Position numbers and translations under genes: made by a program
The notes under the pieces: generated by a model
Told to the model about the DNA's origin: nothing
Databases searched by the model: none
What the model saw: only the letters and a program-made list of their open reading frames with translations
Assembly (NCBI GenBank): GCA_963700155.1
Contig: OY969472.1
Coordinates: 445,511-509,510, forward strand
Direction: 5' to 3'
DNA length: 64,000 nucleotides
DNA from: an uncultured bacterium
Lineage (GTDB): Bacteria > Patescibacteriota > Dojkabacteria > J137
Shown here: piece by piece, positions 60,067-64,000 of the stretch
Numbering within the stretch: the stretch's first letter is position 1
Layout of the letters: every line of letters starts with the position of its first letter

Positions 60067-60342
60067 ATGGAATTAATAGTGTGGATAATTGTAGGTGGAA
60101 TTGCCGGATGGATTGCTAGCATGATAGTTAATACAGATAAACAAATGGGGATGCTATCTAATATAGTTGTAGGAATGATTGGTTCAATAGTTGGTGGTGC
60201 AATTATTATTTTAATTCAAGGTGGAGGACTACAATTTAGCACTGGATTTAATGATTTTAATCTTGTCAGTATTCTCGTATCGATTTTAGGAGCTGTAATA
60301 TTGTTATGGATTGCAAAAGCCCTTAACAGAGGGAATCCATAA
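60067..60342 (+). CDS. GlsB/YeaQ/YmgE (transglycosylase-associated) membrane protein
   Basis: WIIVGGIAGWIAS...NIVVGMIGSIVGG...ILGAVILL. Confidence 0.9.
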   Translation: MELIVWIIVGGIAGWIASMIVNTDKQMGMLSNIVVGMIGSIVGGAIIILIQGGGLQFSTGFNDFNLVSILVSILGAVILLWIAKALNRGNP

Positions 60343-60359
60343 GTTATAAAAAAAGTGAA

Positions 60360-60388
60360 AAGAGGCGGTTTTTTCAAAACCGCCTCTT
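60360..60388. terminator. Bidirectional terminator between convergent genes
   Basis: AAGAGGCGGTTTT-TTC-AAAACCGCCTCTT. Confidence 0.75.
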
Positions 60389-60392
60389 CTAT

Positions 60393-61466
60393 TTACAAAT
60401 AGTTTTCTAAACCTTTTTCTTCCATTCTTTTTATTAGTTCCTTGATCTTAGCATTATCATCCTTATGAAATACTGCTAAAACATCTGGAGTATTAACAAT
60501 TACCATCCCATTCAGTCCTATAGTAGCAATTAATTTATTATCCTGAGTGTTATAAATCAAAGTATCTTTTGAATCCATATCAAAAGCCTCCCCTTTAACT
60601 AAATTTGATTCTTCTGATTCTTGAAGTGCTTCTTTAAATGCAATCCATTCACCAACATCACTCCAGCCCATATCGGTTAATAGAATTTTTGCATCTTTAG
60701 GTTTTAAATGTTCTGCAAATATATAGTCCGCTGATATTTTCTCTAAAGTTTTGAATTTTTCCATCGATCTTGTTTTGAAATTATTCTTCTTAATGTATTC
60801 AATTGTTTCAAAAAAATCAGGTCGAGACTGTTTTAATATTTTAAAGTACATCTTTGATGTTAAATTCCAATATCCTGGATTCCAACCATAATGTCCATTC
60901 TGAATGTACCTTAGGGCTTTTTCTTTATTAGGTTTCTCAACAAATTTCTTAAACTCATAATTACTTAAATTTTTTGAAACAAACTTAATCTTTTTTCCAA
61001 ATTTTACATATCCTCTATGTGGGGAAGGGAATCTTGCTGGGACAACAATAAGCGCGACTTTCTTTTCTTGATTTATTACACGCTCTGCCTCATTCAATGA
61101 TTCAATAAATACTTTAGGTTTTTTTATCAAATGATCGGACCATTGGATTGAAATTGGTTCATCTGGAGAAATATTATCAACATAAGCAACAGCTAAACTA
61201 ACAGCAGGTCCAGTATCTCTCATTTCTGGTTCAAAAATGAAATTCTTTATAGGAAGTTCTGGCAAAATATCTGTTACTTCCTTTTTATAACGAATTCCAG
61301 TACTTACGAAAATATCTTCGTCTTTAAATCCTTTTTTTAGTATTTCATATCTCAGTCTTAAAAGTGGCTTATCATTTACTATAGGTAAGAATTGCTTGGG
61401 AGATTTTCTCCTGCTGATAGGCCAAAACCTTTTCCCAGTTCCGCCTGCAAACAAAATAATCTTCAT
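60393..61466 (-). CDS. manC: Mannose-1-phosphate guanylyltransferase
   Basis: AGGTGKRFWPISR..PKQF, EP..RDTGPA, SDH, FVEKP, GWSDVG.W. Confidence 0.88.
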   Translation of the reverse strand: MKIILFAGGTGKRFWPISRRKSPKQFLPIVNDKPLLRLRYEILKKGFKDEDIFVSTGIRYKKEVTDILPELPIKNFIFEPEMRDTGPAVSLAVAYVDNISPDEPISIQWSDHLIKKPKVFIESLNEAERVINQEKKVALIVVPARFPSPHRGYVKFGKKIKFVSKNLSNYEFKKFVEKPNKEKALRYIQNGHYGWNPGYWNLTSKMYFKILKQSRPDFFETIEYIKKNNFKTRSMEKFKTLEKISADYIFAEHLKPKDAKILLTDMGWSDVGEWIAFKEALQESEESNLVKGEAFDMDSKDTLIYNTQDNKLIATIGLNGMVIVNTPDVLAVFHKDDNAKIKELIKRMEEKGLENYL

Positions 61467-61897
61467 TGGTGTTTATTCAAATTAAGTATTATTACTTTAA
61501 CATCACTTACTTTTAAAAACCATTCCAAAAAACTTATCAGTTTGAAGTAAAAATTACTTTTTAAAGACCTGACTCTTAAAAATATATATACCAAGAATAT
61601 TAATTAACATGAATAGTTATACTCATTCAGTGTATTCCTTTTCATAAATTTTACAATTTTCAAATACATCATTTACATATTTTTTTTAGTATGTAATTAG
61701 AGCTTTTATAGTTCGAATTTATTTGTTATCGACAAGCAAATGAATAAGAAAAGAATTCCAGAACTGCAAGTCGATGCATTGCCGTGGTTGATTAAAAGAA
61801 CATATGAGAAAAGTGTCTTGCAAAGTTTTGTAGAGATGGAATGAATTTATTGCATTTTAACTTTTACTGCTTTTACAAAACGAAGTGATTTAAATAA

Positions 61898-62518
61898 TCA
61901 TTTTGTTTTTCTGTTGTTTACGTCAAAAATTAATGCCGGGGCAATACTACTCAACATAATTACTATTCCAATAAACATCATTACACCATCAAAATAATCT
62001 TGATTAATATTTGAAATTAGTCCTGCAAATAAGCTGAATATAGCAATAGCTATACTTAAGACAGTATCATATAAAGCATAAGAGAATCCCTCTTTTTGAT
62101 CATCTAAATTTCTGGCAAAAAGCTTTCTCCAAGTTACTAAATTTAAAGCTGCTCCTAATCCAAATATAGCTTGTAAAACATAAAATACTCCAGCTGAAAG
62201 TATTATCGGATAGAATAAAAATGTAATACCCATTAACATATTTCCTATTGTAAGAAGGATAATATCATCCCTATCCCTTTTTATTTTATCAGTAATCAAA
62301 CCTATTGGAACTGAAGATGATGCTCTTACAAAATAGTAAATTCCAATTCCAACTCCAACAACCTCAATCGCATTCATCCTTAATTTGTTAGAAAGATAAA
62401 TTCCAACTAACGAAACTACAGCTGAATATAATCCCCAAGAAAAAATATCTGAACATGTCAAAAGCCAGATAACTTTATTTAATTCCATAACTTTTGCAAT
62501 ACTTCTCAAACGTTTCAT
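61898..62518 (-). CDS. Half-size (about 6 TM) MFS transporter
   Basis: GLITDK motif A; 206 aa, hydrophobic. Confidence 0.75.
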   Translation of the reverse strand: MKRLRSIAKVMELNKVIWLLTCSDIFSWGLYSAVVSLVGIYLSNKLRMNAIEVVGVGIGIYYFVRASSSVPIGLITDKIKRDRDDIILLTIGNMLMGITFLFYPIILSAGVFYVLQAIFGLGAALNLVTWRKLFARNLDDQKEGFSYALYDTVLSIAIAIFSLFAGLISNINQDYFDGVMMFIGIVIMLSSIAPALIFDVNNRKTK

Positions 62519-62651
62519 TGTATTTATTTAACTATAGTATTAAACATAATATCAGAAAGTGAATCAAATTCTTACACTGACATAAACAAAATTAATCTAT
62601 AGATTGAATGAATAAATTTTTACATCGACTACTCTTTTTATAAATTCAAAA

Positions 62652-63050
62652 CTATCTAACTAAACTTACAATCACACCAGCAACCATGCTAGAAAACAAA
62701 AAATAGCCTGCATCAATTGCCAAAAGTCTAAATGATTTTCCTGCAAACATATAATTTGCAACAAAAGCTGGAGCAATAAATCCTGCCCACATTAAAGCTC
62801 CTAAGAATAATCCATCTGCAGCTGTCAATGTTCCAGTATAATGAACCAAAAATGAAAAAACTACCCCCATAACTAAAGCTGTTAATGCAGTAAACAAGTA
62901 CCCTATTCCAGGACCTTTATTCATTTCTTCCATATTTATACCTGTTTCTTTCATCCACATGTTAGCAAACAATATTTTTGAATACCAAATAAAACCAATA
63001 ACCATGCTTGAAATGGCGACTAGAACTGCTGCAACAAAATTTATCTGCAT
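62652..63050 (-). CDS. DUF1761 family membrane protein
   Basis: INF.AVLVA...GFIWYS..LF...W, IDAGY. Confidence 0.8.
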   Translation of the reverse strand: MQINFVAAVLVAISSMVIGFIWYSKILFANMWMKETGINMEEMNKGPGIGYLFTALTALVMGVVFSFLVHYTGTLTAADGLFLGALMWAGFIAPAFVANYMFAGKSFRLLAIDAGYFLFSSMVAGVIVSLVR

Positions 63051-63255
63051 AATAAAAGAAACTAAGAAATAATATATAAATTTTATAGGAAATTATTATT
63101 TATATAAAGATTAATTAAACTACTTGTCGAGAAATTTAATATTATGTTGCGTGAAACATTTAATAAATTAGTTACGTAACAAATTTGTGTATATGCGATT
63201 AATTTTATATAGTAAATATGAGGTTTACATAAAAATTAGTTTTTAGTCATGAATA

Positions 63256-64000
63256 ATGAAAGAATACAAATTGAATGATAGATTATCTATTCCTGCGTTA
63301 GGATTTGGAACATGGCAAATCACAGGTAAAACTTGTACAGAAGCTGTGAAGACTGCTTTAGAAATAGGATATCGCCACATTGACACTGCAGAATCATACG
63401 GTAATCAAACTAAAATTATGAAAGCTTTAAAAGAAAGCACAGTAAAAAGAGAAGAAATTTTTTTAACTTCTAAGCTGTGGAAAACACATCTTCATAAAAA
63501 TGAAGCATATGAATCAGGGAAAAGAATATTAGACGAACTTGGTGTAGATTATCTTGATTTATTTTTAATACATTGGCCCATTAGGTCTGTCCCAATTATG
63601 GAAACTTTAGAGTCGTTATTTGAACTTAAAAGTAATGGGTATATAAAAGAGTGGGGGGTGTCTAATTTTACGATTCATCATCTTGAAGATATTATTGCAA
63701 GAGGAGTAGAAATTCCTCTAAATCAAGTTGAATTCCATCCATCATTAAACCAGAAAGAACTAAAAGATTTTTGTGATCAACATAATATCCAATTAACAGC
63801 GTATTCGCCAATTGCACAAGGTGCGGATTTAAAGCTCCCAGAAATACAGAAAATTGCCAAAGCCCATAACAGAAGCGAGTCTCAAGTGATTTTAAATTGG
63901 CTAATACAAAAAGGACTAGTTGCAATTCCTAAAGCAACCTCAAGAGAACATATTGAAGATAATTTTAAATGTACTGAGTGGGAACTTACAAAAGAAGAAT
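63256..64000 (+). CDS. Aldo/keto reductase (runs off window end)
   Basis: Manual translation MKEYKLNDRLSIPALGFGTWQ...GYRHIDTAESY...TSKLW...LIHWP...GVSNF...IPKA. Confidence 0.92.
   Translation, partial: MKEYKLNDRLSIPALGFGTWQITGKTCTEAVKTALEIGYRHIDTAESYGNQTKIMKALKESTVKREEIFLTSKLWKTHLHKNEAYESGKRILDELGVDYLDLFLIHWPIRSVPIMETLESLFELKSNGYIKEWGVSNFTIHHLEDIIARGVEIPLNQVEFHPSLNQKELKDFCDQHNIQLTAYSPIAQGADLKLPEIQKIAKAHNRSESQVILNWLIQKGLVAIPKATSREHIEDNFKCTEWELTKEE

Noticed and set aside
61467-61897. 34-codon ORF (MNKKRIPELQ...) in a 430-nt spacer
   Set aside because: No recognisable motif or supporting signals; could be chance.
1-64000. Short antisense or nested ORFs in the track (e.g. 20225..20767, 43427..43771, 63692..63925)
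   Set aside because: They are shadows of well-supported genes.
1-64000. Genetic code 25 (TGA=Gly), tRNA or rRNA genes
   Set aside because: Conserved genes are full length in code 11 and some end at TGA (e.g. ribA); no cloverleaf or rRNA-like sequence was seen in the spacers.

Overview
AT-rich bacterial chromosomal window read in genetic code 11. The gene content suggests a Patescibacteria/CPR genome, possibly Dojkabacteria-like (inference): trigger factor without the FKBP domain, half-size MFS, ValRS without its C-terminal coiled coil, few Shine-Dalgarno sites, and giant secreted proteins. Layout: (1) housekeeping genes recF, GT4, tig, trpS, phosphomannomutase and a TsaC-TsaE fusion; (2) a ~27 kb cell-surface locus (9.4-36.7 kb) with WxL/pilin-like proteins, two secreted tail-fibre-like proteins carrying S74 autochaperones, and two giant DUF2341/LamG proteins, one frameshifted; (3) rpoB-rpoC-rpsL-rpsG with no fusA/tuf; (4) a nucleotide/tRNA-modification region with a RibA variant, a methyltransferase, a queuosine salvage hydrolase, and Elp3 head-to-head with a Trm9-like methyltransferase; (5) valS, manC, MFS and an aldo-keto reductase. 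Main observations: a complete T-box riboswitch with an ultra-short Stem I and Val specifier upstream of valS; a leaderless Trp leader peptide upstream of trpS; an RNA polymerase whose trigger loop lacks the normally invariant His and whose rifampicin pocket is heavily substituted; an Elp3+Trm9-like pair suggesting eukaryote/archaea-type mcm5U34; and an intact alpha/beta hydrolase inserted in ValRS. All family calls come from motif recognition by eye, not database searches.
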